A stretch of 64,000 nucleotides of DNA from contig JAUIHW010000009.1 in NCBI GenBank assembly GCA_030431775.1, forward strand, positions 46,525 to 110,524, in the 5' to 3' direction. The notes under the pieces were generated by a model. It did no database searches, was not told the DNA's origin, and saw only the letters and a list, made by a program, of their open reading frames with translations. The number at the start of each line of letters is the position of its first letter. Positions within the stretch are counted from its first letter, which is position 1. This stretch comes from Gammaproteobacteria bacterium. GTDB taxonomy: Bacteria > Pseudomonadota > Gammaproteobacteria > Pseudomonadales > JAUIET01. This document shows, one piece after another, positions 1 through 9,646 of the stretch. Position numbers and translations under genes: made by a program.

Positions 1-639
1 CGTGCCAGAACCCAACCACTGCTCAGTGATTCGCAACTTCTAAAGACGCCGTTACGGGAATTTGTTGGCAGCCATCTGGAACAGACCGCCAATGGCTGGC
101 GTGCCCATGTCCGGCTGTATGACTTGCGAAACCCGGCCGAGCTAACAGCCATGTTCAGCCAGGACCCATCCGTAATCATGCTGGATCAGAAAGCGGCATC
201 CAATGAGCTGGTTATGCAATACCGCAGTCAAGTCATCGACTTGCTGGCGATTGCCGGCCTGCTGGTTGCTGTTGGTCTAATCATCAGGCTGGGTGTAAGA
301 CGCGGGTTATGGTGTTTGTGCAGTGTTGGAGGCGCTTTGCTGACAACTGCACTGTTGCTGCTGCAGTTCAGCGGGCCGTTAACCATATACCACCTGGTTG
401 CTCTGTTGCTGGTGTTGGGTATTGGCCTGGACTATGCCTTGTTTCGCTGCCGTGAAGAACAAGACGTGTTTGGGCGCCTGGCAAGTGCACGGGCAATTAT
501 GGTGTGCGCCCTGTCAACCATGGTGGTGTTTGTTACGCTTGGCCTGTCAGCACTACCGGCCTTGTCGGCCCTGGGCATCAGCGTCAGCCTTGGTGCGGCG
601 CTGTCGTATGGCATCACTCGTGCCGGCAGTTGGCCTTAG
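1..639 (+). CDS. C-terminal part of an MMPL/RND-type predicted exporter (5' end outside window)
   Basis: Frame 1 is open from base 1 to the stop at 637-639. The product is a run of hydrophobic helices (LGIGLDYALF-type segment). It lies next to fab-like lipid genes. Confidence 0.5.
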   Translation, partial: RARTQPLLSDSQLLKTPLREFVGSHLEQTANGWRAHVRLYDLRNPAELTAMFSQDPSVIMLDQKAASNELVMQYRSQVIDLLAIAGLLVAVGLIIRLGVRRGLWCLCSVGGALLTTALLLLQFSGPLTIYHLVALLLVLGIGLDYALFRCREEQDVFGRLASARAIMVCALSTMVVFVTLGLSALPALSALGISVSLGAALSYGITRAGSWP

Positions 640-2216
640 CCCAGGGCAGCGCGTAATTGCTCGGTCAGGCCTTGCGGCTGTTCCTGTGGCGCCTCATCAA
701 GTAGAGCCAAAATGGCCTCGGCCAGATCACTCAGCAGGGCAATATTAGTTTCCAGCCGTTCCAGGCTGCGGTTTGCCTCGCTGCCATCCAACAGCTGGGA
801 ATTCAGCTGCAGAAAACCGGGCGCATTGTAGATGTCGGTAAATCGAGACTGCGGCTCCAGCACACATTTCTGCCCGGCACGCTGCTGAAATGCGGCCTGT
901 ACCCGATCATTGATTTCGCGGATTCGAAACAGGCACTGATTGGCCTTCTGCATAAAACGAATGTCCAGATACCGCTCGGTAAAATACAGCCAGGCCAGCA
1001 CCCCCCAGTAGTAGGGCTGGTCCCAGAGTAATTTCAGGCTCATCATGCGGAAATCACCAAAGCCTCCGTACTGTTGTTTGAACAGTGTCAGTGTGCTGCG
1101 GTAGTAGGAGTCATACAGTTTCTGGTACACGAGGCTTCGTACCTGGATGTCTTCACCCAGACAGTCACGTCGTATCAGGTCGCATGTATAACCGTTGGCA
1201 ATAGCAATGAAGTCGGAGCCCGGTGAGTAGAATGGGTCAAGGAACAGGCCGGCTTCACCCACCAGGGCCCAGCGTTGATTGGAAAAAACCTGTTGGCAGT
1301 CGTAGGAATACTGGCTTAAAAAGCGAAAGTCCAGCGGTTCCACTCCCTGCAGTTCCTGAGCCAGCCGAGGTTGATGCTCGGCCAGCCAGGCCAGTGCGCG
1401 TGGGTAGTCTTTGAGCGCCTCCAGCTGATGAATGTCTGGATCAAATACAATGCCAACACTGGTGATTCCACCCTTCAGCGGTATCAACCACACCCAGTAG
1501 CCCACGCCGGTTAGATGCACCGTGCTCAGATATCGCTGCTGGTGGCGCTGCTCGCAACAGCGTTGCTGCCAGCTTTGATCGTCACTCCATTGGTCCACCT
1601 GAATACTGTTGGCCACTCTGAACCAGACCGAGCTGCCACGATGTTCGCTGTCACGGTGCAGATCAAGTTGCTTTTTGAGCAGCCCACGACGGCCGGCCGC
1701 GTCCACCAGCCAGCGGCAGCGGATCACTTCATCAGCCAGTTGCACCCTATGACCGGCTTCGTCGGCATTCAGCTCGATTGCACTGGCCACGCACTGGTCG
1801 CGCAGCTCAATACTCTGCTGCTCAAGTTTTTCGGCCAGGTGATTTTCCAATATTCCGCGGTCTATCTGGTAAGTGGGTACCGGCAATACATCGCTCGGGC
1901 CGATCTCGTCCTGCTGCGCAAAATCGTCTTGATTCGGGCCAAAAAAACAGCGCAGCCCAAACTTGGGTAATTGCGAATTTTGCAGATGGTGTTTCAGGCC
2001 GAGCACGGTGTCGAGATAATGCGCACCAATTTCCACCGTGGATTCACCCACCTTGGCGGTCGCCGCCGGCAGCGGGAAACGGTTGCGTTCAACCACCAGA
2101 ATACGCAGCTCCGGCAAACAGCTGCGCAACTGCAGAGCAAGCCCCTGACCCGCCAGCCCGCCGCCGAGAATGCATACATCGAACGTTGATGCTGGTTCAC
2201 TAGTCATCATGCACAA
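636..2216 (-). CDS. FAD-dependent halogenase-like oxidoreductase
   Basis: N-terminal GxGxxG (ILGGGLAGQG). WxWxIP motif (YWVWLIPL) and FxxPxxSxG motif (FLDPFYSPG), both characteristic of flavin-dependent halogenases. Confidence 0.75.
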   Translation of the reverse strand: MCMMTSEPASTFDVCILGGGLAGQGLALQLRSCLPELRILVVERNRFPLPAATAKVGESTVEIGAHYLDTVLGLKHHLQNSQLPKFGLRCFFGPNQDDFAQQDEIGPSDVLPVPTYQIDRGILENHLAEKLEQQSIELRDQCVASAIELNADEAGHRVQLADEVIRCRWLVDAAGRRGLLKKQLDLHRDSEHRGSSVWFRVANSIQVDQWSDDQSWQQRCCEQRHQQRYLSTVHLTGVGYWVWLIPLKGGITSVGIVFDPDIHQLEALKDYPRALAWLAEHQPRLAQELQGVEPLDFRFLSQYSYDCQQVFSNQRWALVGEAGLFLDPFYSPGSDFIAIANGYTCDLIRRDCLGEDIQVRSLVYQKLYDSYYRSTLTLFKQQYGGFGDFRMMSLKLLWDQPYYWGVLAWLYFTERYLDIRFMQKANQCLFRIREINDRVQAAFQQRAGQKCVLEPQSRFTDIYNAPGFLQLNSQLLDGSEANRSLERLETNIALLSDLAEAILALLDEAPQEQPQGLTEQLRAALG

Positions 2217-2225
2217 ACAAACTCT

Positions 2226-3032
2226 TTAGTTACTAATGTTAATTGACAGACTGACGGTGCTGCTCAATGGCATGGTCAGTTCGCTTACGTCGGGCGGGCC
2301 GAGGACTGGCGCAATTGCCTGCAGTAGCGGTAACACCCGGGCGGCAGGGTTGTTATTGTACAGCGCACTAAGCCTTTTCTCCGGCCATGTGGGCCAGCCC
2401 GCCTGGGCCTCCATGTGAGTGGTATGCAGTTCCAGAGCTGGATTGGTGGCCTGCGAAGGTTCTGGCGCCAGCACTAGGGCGGCTGCAAACGGGGCGTCGC
2501 AATTAAACGGCATCCGCAGGATGGGCTCCGGCGCATCGTCGTACATCACCAGTAACACCGGCCGTTGCTCCACTTCCACCTGGCTGGCTGCCTCGAGCAG
2601 GGCGACCGGCACGGTTTTGTCGAAAGCTGATACCGCATTGGCGGTTTCCATACACCGGGTGCTGATGGTCCAGTAGCCAGCGGCTGCGTTATGCACCGAA
2701 TTGTGAAACTTGGTAGGAGAAATCAATTGCTCAGGCGTGCACAAAGCGCGGCACAGGTTGGCGGTTATGGCGGTATCACCCAGGCCGCAGGCAAATACAG
2801 TGGCCAGGCCACTGGCATCCAGGCCGGCATCGGCAACAGCCTGGCTGGCCACTTCAACCGCCAAACGCACACACAAGGGCGCACGGCGGCGCTCGTTTTT
2901 GGGAATCAATTCGGGCTTCGGTGTTGTGCTGCTGGCTTCTGGCAGCTGGTCGCTTTGCATCACCGCGGTGAACTCGGTGTGGTTGGCAAACCACGGGCTC
3001 CAAATGCCAAGGCCGGTGACAAATACTTTCAT
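2226..3032 (-). CDS. beta-ketoacyl synthase-like partner protein (chain-length-factor type)
   Basis: 268 aa. Its start overlaps the stop of the upstream KS gene by 4 nt. Thiolase-fold-like sequence with no obvious Cys-His-His triad in my reading. Confidence 0.55.
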   Translation of the reverse strand: MKVFVTGLGIWSPWFANHTEFTAVMQSDQLPEASSTTPKPELIPKNERRRAPLCVRLAVEVASQAVADAGLDASGLATVFACGLGDTAITANLCRALCTPEQLISPTKFHNSVHNAAAGYWTISTRCMETANAVSAFDKTVPVALLEAASQVEVEQRPVLLVMYDDAPEPILRMPFNCDAPFAAALVLAPEPSQATNPALELHTTHMEAQAGWPTWPEKRLSALYNNNPAARVLPLLQAIAPVLGPPDVSELTMPLSSTVSLSINISN

Positions 3033-4222
3033 GCAGAGGCCACACTGAAAATCAGGCTGCTGTTGTTGCCGCCGAAACCGAAGGAATTGGACATAACCGT
3101 TTGTGCCTGCTGTTCAGAGTTGTCGTTCATTACCTTAAACGGTATGTCCGGGTCGTGCTGCTCCAGGTGCAGAGTACCGGGTATGACTCCTCCCAATAGT
3201 GTTTCGCAGGCAAGAATGGCCTCAACGATGCCAGCGGCCCCCAATGTATGCCCGGTCCAACCCTTGGTGGAGGAGGCCAATGTATGCTCTGGAAAAACCC
3301 GTGCCATCACCTGGCCTTCAATCAGGTCGTTGGCCTGGCTGGCCGTGCCGTGCAGGCTGACGTAGTCGATGGCGTTGCTGTCCATGCCGGCTCGCTGCAG
3401 CGCCTGGCGAATGGCGAGCTCCGCACCCAGGCCTTCCGGGTGGGGGTGAGACATGTGGTGCGCATCCGAGCTCTCCCCATAGGCTCGCAGCCGAACGCTT
3501 TCCTTGGGCGCATTTTTGGCATGGCCGACAATGGCGAAGCCGGCGGCTTCGCCCAGGTTAATACCGTCGCGACCGGCATCATAAGGCCTGCACGGGGTAT
3601 TGCTGACCAGTTGCAAAGAATGAAAACCGTGCAGCACACTGAGGCACAGTGAATCCACCCCGCCAACAATCACCGCATCCACAAGGTCACTGTGCAGCCA
3701 GCGGCTGGCCGTGGCAAATACCTTGGCCGACGACGAACAGGCGGTGCTGACGGTGATGGCGGGGCCACTGATTCCCAGAGTGTGAGCGGTGAACATGGCC
3801 GGTGCATGCGGATTATGAATCCAGGGCTGTCGATACTCTTCGTCGAAGCGCTCGGCGTCGGCCGCGGTTTGCCGAAAGGCGGCTTCCGTGCGATCAATAC
3901 TGGAGGTGCTGCTGCCCACTACAATACCGATGCGATCGGCCCCGTGGGCTTTAATCAAAGCCTGGCAACTGTCGGCGAAGCGTTCCTGGCGCAGGCATAA
4001 CAAGGCCAGGGCATTGTTACGACTTTGCCATTGCTGCAACACGTCGCTGGTGTTGAGCTCATCAAGCGCGCTTACCCGGCCAATTGGCGTGTCCAGCGAG
4101 GAATGCGCCAGTGTATTGGGTGACAGGCCACTACGGCGTTCCCGCAGGGCGGTTTGAATTGCCTCGCGATTGACGCCCGCCGCACAGCTCAGCTCGAAGT
4201 CGATCAATCGCAGGTCTTGCAC
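3029..4222 (-). CDS. beta-ketoacyl-ACP synthase (FabB/FabF family)
   Basis: Active-site context TACSSS, HGTASQAND and GHTLGAAG motifs, C-terminal SFGFGGNN. Confidence 0.85.
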   Translation of the reverse strand: MQDLRLIDFELSCAAGVNREAIQTALRERRSGLSPNTLAHSSLDTPIGRVSALDELNTSDVLQQWQSRNNALALLCLRQERFADSCQALIKAHGADRIGIVVGSSTSSIDRTEAAFRQTAADAERFDEEYRQPWIHNPHAPAMFTAHTLGISGPAITVSTACSSSAKVFATASRWLHSDLVDAVIVGGVDSLCLSVLHGFHSLQLVSNTPCRPYDAGRDGINLGEAAGFAIVGHAKNAPKESVRLRAYGESSDAHHMSHPHPEGLGAELAIRQALQRAGMDSNAIDYVSLHGTASQANDLIEGQVMARVFPEHTLASSTKGWTGHTLGAAGIVEAILACETLLGGVIPGTLHLEQHDPDIPFKVMNDNSEQQAQTVMSNSFGFGGNNSSLIFSVASA

Positions 4223-4302
4223 TTGCTAGCTCGGATCACAGGTTTTGGTTACACTGCATTTTAGGAGTTGCCACCCTGGCAAACAAGCTTAAGAATTTCC
4301 CC

Positions 4303-5085
4303 TTGAATATCCTGGCCGTTGTATCTCCCATAGCACCGAACCGGCTCTGGCGTGGGCTAGCCACCGCGCTGGCGTTTTTCGTGTTTGGCGCCGGTGGCCT
4401 GGTGCTGGGCCTGCTTGCCTACCCGGCAATTGCCTTGTTCAGGCGTGACCTTGACCGTCGGCGGAGCGCCGCGCGGGCGCTAACCGGTGGGGCCTGTGGC
4501 TTCTTCATTGGGCTGATGCGCACGCTTGGTTTGCTGCAATATCGCTATCTGGGCGAGCCGGCCAGTGCGGCGCAGGGCGCCCTGATTATTGCCAACCACC
4601 CGAGCCTGATCGATGTGCTGTTTCTGATTTACCGCTTTCCACAAGCGGATTGCGTGGTGAAAAGCCGGATCTGGCACCACCCGGCTACCCGTTGGGCCGT
4701 TCGGTGCTCGGATTACATCCCAAACACAGATACCGCGGCTATGCTGGCAGCCTGCGAACAACGCCTGCGCGCAGGGCGCCAGGTAATTATGTTTCCAGAG
4801 GGCACGCGTACGGCACCCGGGGCTGGCCTGGCTTTCAGGCGCGGCCCGGCACTGGTTGCGCTGAAAGCGGGTGCCCGAATTGTTCCGGTTGCCATTCGCT
4901 GCCACCCAAGCACCCTGACCCGGGGCGAGCCGTGGTACCGCATACCGCCCACCCGCGTGGACTATCGTTTTACGCAGTTACCCGCTGTTGCGCCTTCTGC
5001 GGCGTGCAGCGACTCGCGTCAACAACGCGAACATTCCCAGGCCGTCACCCGGCAGCTGGAAACGCTGATCGCGACAGCGCAGTGA
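4303..5085 (+). CDS. lysophospholipid (PlsC-family) acyltransferase
   Basis: HX4D motif (NHPSLID) and FPEGTRT motif. N-terminal membrane helices. Confidence 0.8.
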   Translation: MNILAVVSPIAPNRLWRGLATALAFFVFGAGGLVLGLLAYPAIALFRRDLDRRRSAARALTGGACGFFIGLMRTLGLLQYRYLGEPASAAQGALIIANHPSLIDVLFLIYRFPQADCVVKSRIWHHPATRWAVRCSDYIPNTDTAAMLAACEQRLRAGRQVIMFPEGTRTAPGAGLAFRRGPALVALKAGARIVPVAIRCHPSTLTRGEPWYRIPPTRVDYRFTQLPAVAPSAACSDSRQQREHSQAVTRQLETLIATAQ

Positions 5086-5152
5086 TTGAGCGCTTTCCCG
5101 GCTGCGACTATACTGGGCGTTGATTTACAGGGGCATTACAGCGGTTTCGACA

Positions 5153-5395
5153 ATGAGTAAGAATGACTTAACCGAGCGATTACGAGGCATACTCATTAGC
5201 GACTTTGACATTCAACCGGAGCAGATTCACCCAGAGGCACACCTGTATGATGATCTGGGCATGGACAGCATTGACGCAGTAGACATTATGCAGCAAATCG
5301 GGGAACTCAGTGACAAGCGCCTGTCACCCGACCAGTTCAGCAGCATCGCCACAGTGGGCGATTTTCTGGATTTGCTGTCCGCCCGAATGGACTAG
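5153..5395 (+). CDS. acyl carrier protein
   Basis: Phosphopantetheine attachment motif LGMDSIDAV. I chose the ATG at 5153; the ORF track begins at a TTG at 5120. Confidence 0.85.
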   Translation: MSKNDLTERLRGILISDFDIQPEQIHPEAHLYDDLGMDSIDAVDIMQQIGELSDKRLSPDQFSSIATVGDFLDLLSARMD

Positions 5396-5398
5396 ACG

Positions 5399-5824
5399 AT
5401 GAGCACAACACCTCAAACCCCCTACCAAATTCTTGGTGAAGACGGCATTCGCACGCTGGTGAACACCTTTTATGATTTGATGGAGTCAGCCCCGGAGCAC
5501 GCAGCCTTGCGCCGCATGCACGCCAAAGACCTGACCCCAATGCGCGAAAAGCTCGCCGAATACCTGATTGGCTGGATGGGCGGCCCGCCGCTGTACGCCG
5601 ACAAATACGGCACCGTGTGCATGACCGAGCCGCACGAGCCCTACTGGATTGGCCCGGAAGAACGCGACCAGTGGCTGCGGTGCATGTACCAGGCCCTGGA
5701 ACAAAGTAACACCCCGCCCGAGGCGATCGATATGCTGCGCGAGCCGCTGTACCGGGTGGCCGAAGCCGTGCGCAACCGGCCTAACTCACGCACCCAGTCG
5801 GATGATGTAATAGCGTCGGGCTAA
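5399..5824 (+). CDS. group II truncated haemoglobin-like protein
   Basis: 141 aa. Globin-like helices with FYDLM...RRMH...WMGGPPLY pattern typical of trHbO-type proteins. Confidence 0.6.
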   Translation: MSTTPQTPYQILGEDGIRTLVNTFYDLMESAPEHAALRRMHAKDLTPMREKLAEYLIGWMGGPPLYADKYGTVCMTEPHEPYWIGPEERDQWLRCMYQALEQSNTPPEAIDMLREPLYRVAEAVRNRPNSRTQSDDVIASG

Positions 5825-5839
5825 GCATCAGCCAGCCTA

Positions 5840-7243
5840 TTACAGTATCGGCTCCAGGCGATGAAACAATGGGTTGCTCTCATCCGGGTCGGTACCGGCG
5901 ATCAACATGGAAAAGCGCACCAGGCGGCGGTGCATCAGTTGCACCCAGGCTTCATCCAGCGCGGCATTGTCATCGGCGATATGCTCCATGGCTACCGCTT
6001 CAGCTTGCGCCAGGTCGCGGCATTCTTCACCCGTTAGTTCACTAATATCGCGCACGGTTTCGCGCTCGAACCAGTCGCGGTAGCGCGCGTGGTTGCGCAG
6101 AAACTTCGGAATTGAGTGCATCAAATCACGTTCCCACGGGGCAAACGCGGTTGTGGTTTGCAGGTGCTCGATATCTGTCATTAGTTTGCTCAGGCCGGAG
6201 TCTTCCCAGCGTTTGATGTCGGGCTCGGGCAAGTGCAGCTCGTAGTCCAGGGTAGTGCCCTGCAGCTCGGCAATGGCCTCGTAGGCGCGGCGGGTAATAC
6301 TGGCGTACTCCAGAACGCCTTCAATCCAGTTCGCGCCGTGCGCGGTCGGGTTCATGAAAAACGTGGCACCAATGGCCGACAGCTGCAGAAAGTTCACCGT
6401 GTGGTAGGCCACTACCGGCAAATCCACCGGTTCACCGGTGATCTCCCCATAGCGGCGGTACAGCTCCGGTATGTTGCCCATGTTCTCCAGCGGGTGGCGG
6501 CCACGAAAACAGGCCAGGTCCCAGTGTGTGTCCCCGAAGGCGGCGATCTCAAAGTCGAGCAACGCCAGTACCTCGCTACCGGCCGACATAAACTGACCGG
6601 CGTCACCACTGATAAAGCTGGCCTCCTTGCGGTGCTCCGGCACATTACGGCGCAACCAGTGCTGCAAAAATTCCAGTGGCGGGTCAATGTGGCCCATGTG
6701 CTGGCCTGCTGAGTACATGCGTTCAGTGGTGTGCAGGGCAATCTGCTTCGGCCCTTGAGGCACATGGCTTAGCCGTTTGATGTGGGTAAACTGATCCAGC
6801 GGCACGGCATGCACTGCGGCCAGATGCTCCATATAGTTCAACAGTGCCTGCCAGCGCTCGTCACTCAACGAGGTGGGGTTGGCAATGGCGGTGTGCAGCA
6901 TACCCGGGTCGCGGTCTTCGGTGTCCACCCAGTCCATCACGAAAGCCTTGGGTGAATCCGACCAACCGTGAATGGCCGGCACCTGGATGCCATTGGCACC
7001 CAGTGCCAGCATCACATCCATCTCAAACTTCAGGTCGCTGTTGCCGGCCACTGGGCGGTTGCCACGAAACAGCACAGCCTGGGACTGCCCACCACTTTCG
7101 TACACTACCTTCCACTGCGGCCGCCAGCGCTCCAGCCGGGTAATTTCCTGTACTTCACCGCCCAGGTTGCCGGCTACCCAGTCACGGATGCCAGCCAGTT
7201 GTTGAGCTTCTGTATCTACTGCGGATTCTATTTCTACGGTCAT
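5840..7243 (-). CDS. phosphotransferase (APH/choline-kinase fold) family protein
   Basis: Kinase-like catalytic region with DFEIAAFGDTHWDLA (Brenner/APH-type motif). Confidence 0.65.
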   Translation of the reverse strand: MTVEIESAVDTEAQQLAGIRDWVAGNLGGEVQEITRLERWRPQWKVVYESGGQSQAVLFRGNRPVAGNSDLKFEMDVMLALGANGIQVPAIHGWSDSPKAFVMDWVDTEDRDPGMLHTAIANPTSLSDERWQALLNYMEHLAAVHAVPLDQFTHIKRLSHVPQGPKQIALHTTERMYSAGQHMGHIDPPLEFLQHWLRRNVPEHRKEASFISGDAGQFMSAGSEVLALLDFEIAAFGDTHWDLACFRGRHPLENMGNIPELYRRYGEITGEPVDLPVVAYHTVNFLQLSAIGATFFMNPTAHGANWIEGVLEYASITRRAYEAIAELQGTTLDYELHLPEPDIKRWEDSGLSKLMTDIEHLQTTTAFAPWERDLMHSIPKFLRNHARYRDWFERETVRDISELTGEECRDLAQAEAVAMEHIADDNAALDEAWVQLMHRRLVRFSMLIAGTDPDESNPLFHRLEPIL

Positions 7244-7368
7244 TTGCGGCCCACCGGTTGTTGTTATGCGCCTATTTTAGGGCGAGCCTGTCAGCCGGGC
7301 ATTGCACGCTGGTAAGAAAGCCCAAGTATAATAGGCTCTGAATAATCCAGGCTGGCCCGGTAAGCACA

Positions 7369-8250
7369 ATGTCGATCATGGACAAGAACAACGACCCACT
7401 CGCCGATGAAGCGGCATTGCAGGCCCACATCAGTGCGGCGTTGGCGGCCCAGCCGCCGTATGGCTGGCAACTGGAGTTGATCCACGCTGTGGTGACGCGT
7501 TCTTTCAACCCGCTGGTGATCGGCGAGCAAAACCTCGCCAAAAAGCCCTGCCTGTTTGTGGCTAACCACTCTTTGTTTGCGTTGGATGGCTACATTCTGG
7601 CGCCATTAATGCTGTCTCGCTACGAGCGTTGGTTGCGCGGCCTGGGCGACCGCTTCCTGTTCGCTAATGAATCCATGGCGAAGAACATCCTGAAATTCGG
7701 TGGTGTAATGGGCCACCCGGAAGTGTGCAGTGCGCTGATGGAGGCAGGTCAGGACCTGATGGTGTTCCCGGGCGGCGCGCACGAGGCAGTGAAGCCGGCC
7801 GACCAGATTTATACCCTGCAATGGAAAGACCGCCACGGCTTTGTGCGCCTGGCCGCCAAGCACGGCTACACCATTCAACCCTTCGGCATGATCGGCCCGG
7901 ACGAATTCTACGGCCACCTGCTGGAAGGCAAAGACCTGCCGCAAAGCCCGGTGGGCAAACTGCTGAAAAGCCTGGGCGTACTGAACGACGACACCCGCGC
8001 AGACATGCTGCCGCCCATTCCCATTGGCTCGCTGGGTACACTGTGGCCCAAGCCCGAACGCGTCTACCTGGGCTTTGCCGAACCAATCGATCTTAATGAA
8101 TACAAGGGCAAGGCGCTAAGCAAAACCGAACTGCACGGCATTCGCGAACAAGTGGCCGATGCCATCGAAGAGCAAATCAATGAGCTGCTGCTAACCCGCG
8201 AGCGTACCAAGCATGAAGACGGCCTGCTGCGCAGAATTCTGACGATTTAG
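7369..8250 (+). CDS. lysophospholipid acyltransferase family protein
   Basis: NHSLFALDG (HX4D-like) and FPGGAHE motifs. Confidence 0.65.
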   Translation: MSIMDKNNDPLADEAALQAHISAALAAQPPYGWQLELIHAVVTRSFNPLVIGEQNLAKKPCLFVANHSLFALDGYILAPLMLSRYERWLRGLGDRFLFANESMAKNILKFGGVMGHPEVCSALMEAGQDLMVFPGGAHEAVKPADQIYTLQWKDRHGFVRLAAKHGYTIQPFGMIGPDEFYGHLLEGKDLPQSPVGKLLKSLGVLNDDTRADMLPPIPIGSLGTLWPKPERVYLGFAEPIDLNEYKGKALSKTELHGIREQVADAIEEQINELLLTRERTKHEDGLLRRILTI

Positions 8251-8251
8251 A

Positions 8252-9562
8252 TTAGCTCTCAGCCTGTTTGCGGGAGTTTGCCCGCTCTCGCCGCAGCGCC
8301 AACACCTCCACCGCATGGCCGTAGTCCATGCGCCCACCTTTCCAGTACCACTTGCTAGCCGGTACCGCCGGTAATTCAACGTCGGGCGCATTCAATTCAG
8401 GCGCCTCGGGCACTCGCCGCCCATCCGGCCGATGAAACACCAGCTCCCCGCTTGACGCCCGAACCACCGAAAACCCACCCTCATGCACCATCCGGTGATG
8501 ATGCCTGCACAACAGCACCAGGTTCTCAAGGCTGGTTTCCCCGCCTTCTGACCAGTGCTGTATATGGTGCCCGTCCACAAAGCGCGCACTGCAACACCCG
8601 GGAAACCGGCAACCGCCATCGCGCAGCTGTAATGCACGGCGCATTGGAGGCGGAATAGTGCGCGACTTACGCCCGATCGAAACCGGCTCACCATCACGAG
8701 ACACCACATGACTCACACTGGCATCACAACACACGCGCTTTACCGCTTCCTCCGCCAGGGACGGCCCGTCATCCAGGCCATAGCGGGGTAAACCCCTGGA
8801 AACATCGGCATGAATCAACACCTGGTAACGATCAGCCGTCTTGCATGCCTCACCCGAATGCGCAAGCTGGTCCTCCGCCATCATCGCCAGTGCATCAGCG
8901 CGCAACCGCTTTTTCCTGATCGGTAACGTTTCCGCGGAAACGGTTTTGCCCGCTTTCGTTGCTTCCTGCTCCGTCTTCCACTCGTCTTCTTCCAGCCGGG
9001 TAACAGTAAGATCCAAAGCCTTCAGAAAAACAGCACCTTGCTCAGCGCTCAAGGTTGCCTGCACCACCAGCTTACCCTCATCGTCCCAGTAATACTTCAG
9101 CGAACGCTTGTCATGTTCGGCTTGCGCCTTCTCTTTGGTAACGCGCCTGAAATGGCGCACCGTCTTCTCAATATGGCTCGCCGAGCCATGCTCGGCAATC
9201 ATTAGCAAAGTGTCTTCGTTTTCAGAACTGCCGATGCGCGTAATCGCCCGCGCTTTGGAATAACTCAACTGTCCACTGGCAAACGCCGCGGCCACCTTCG
9301 GCAAGCCCGCTAGCGCATGCGCCACGCGAACCTTCTCACGAGCTGCACCCAAAGCAATACCACACTTCCAGTTCAACCAGTGTGCGCACGATTTGCAGCC
9401 CCAGCTTGCCCAGCCGCGCTGATTGTCGAATTCGGCGATTAGCACCAGTAAGCGATAGTTAGCGGCATTAATATTGGCCGCCAGCTGCGTAATCTGTTGT
9501 TCCAGAATTTCGATGCTAGTGGCGTGAGAAGAAGGCGGAGGAAGTTTTACAATGGCGTTCAT
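8252..9562 (-). CDS. DUF222-type HNH endonuclease (13E12-repeat-like family)
   Basis: C-terminal HNH core CRFPGC...HHIQHWSEGGETSLENLVLLCRHHHRMVHEGG. Long helical N-terminal domain as in DUF222 proteins. Confidence 0.85.
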   Translation of the reverse strand: MNAIVKLPPPSSHATSIEILEQQITQLAANINAANYRLLVLIAEFDNQRGWASWGCKSCAHWLNWKCGIALGAAREKVRVAHALAGLPKVAAAFASGQLSYSKARAITRIGSSENEDTLLMIAEHGSASHIEKTVRHFRRVTKEKAQAEHDKRSLKYYWDDEGKLVVQATLSAEQGAVFLKALDLTVTRLEEDEWKTEQEATKAGKTVSAETLPIRKKRLRADALAMMAEDQLAHSGEACKTADRYQVLIHADVSRGLPRYGLDDGPSLAEEAVKRVCCDASVSHVVSRDGEPVSIGRKSRTIPPPMRRALQLRDGGCRFPGCCSARFVDGHHIQHWSEGGETSLENLVLLCRHHHRMVHEGGFSVVRASSGELVFHRPDGRRVPEAPELNAPDVELPAVPASKWYWKGGRMDYGHAVEVLALRRERANSRKQAES

Positions 9563-9595
9563 GGGCTGCTTTCCTTGTCATGGAGAGCGCCATTA

Positions 9596-9615
9596 TACTG
9601 TATATACATACAGCA
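9596..9615 (-). promoter_or_regulatory. LexA (SOS) box overlapping a TATAAT -10 element upstream of the HNH gene
   Basis: Plus strand reads TACTGTATATACATACAGCA, i.e. CTGT-N8-ACAG, 18/20 to the gammaproteobacterial consensus TACTGTATATATATACAGTA. On the gene strand ACAG is followed directly by TATAAT. Lies 34-53 nt upstream of the ATG at 9562. Confidence 0.7.
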
Positions 9616-9646
9616 TTAAAGTTAAAGTATTTTACTTAGAGCAATA

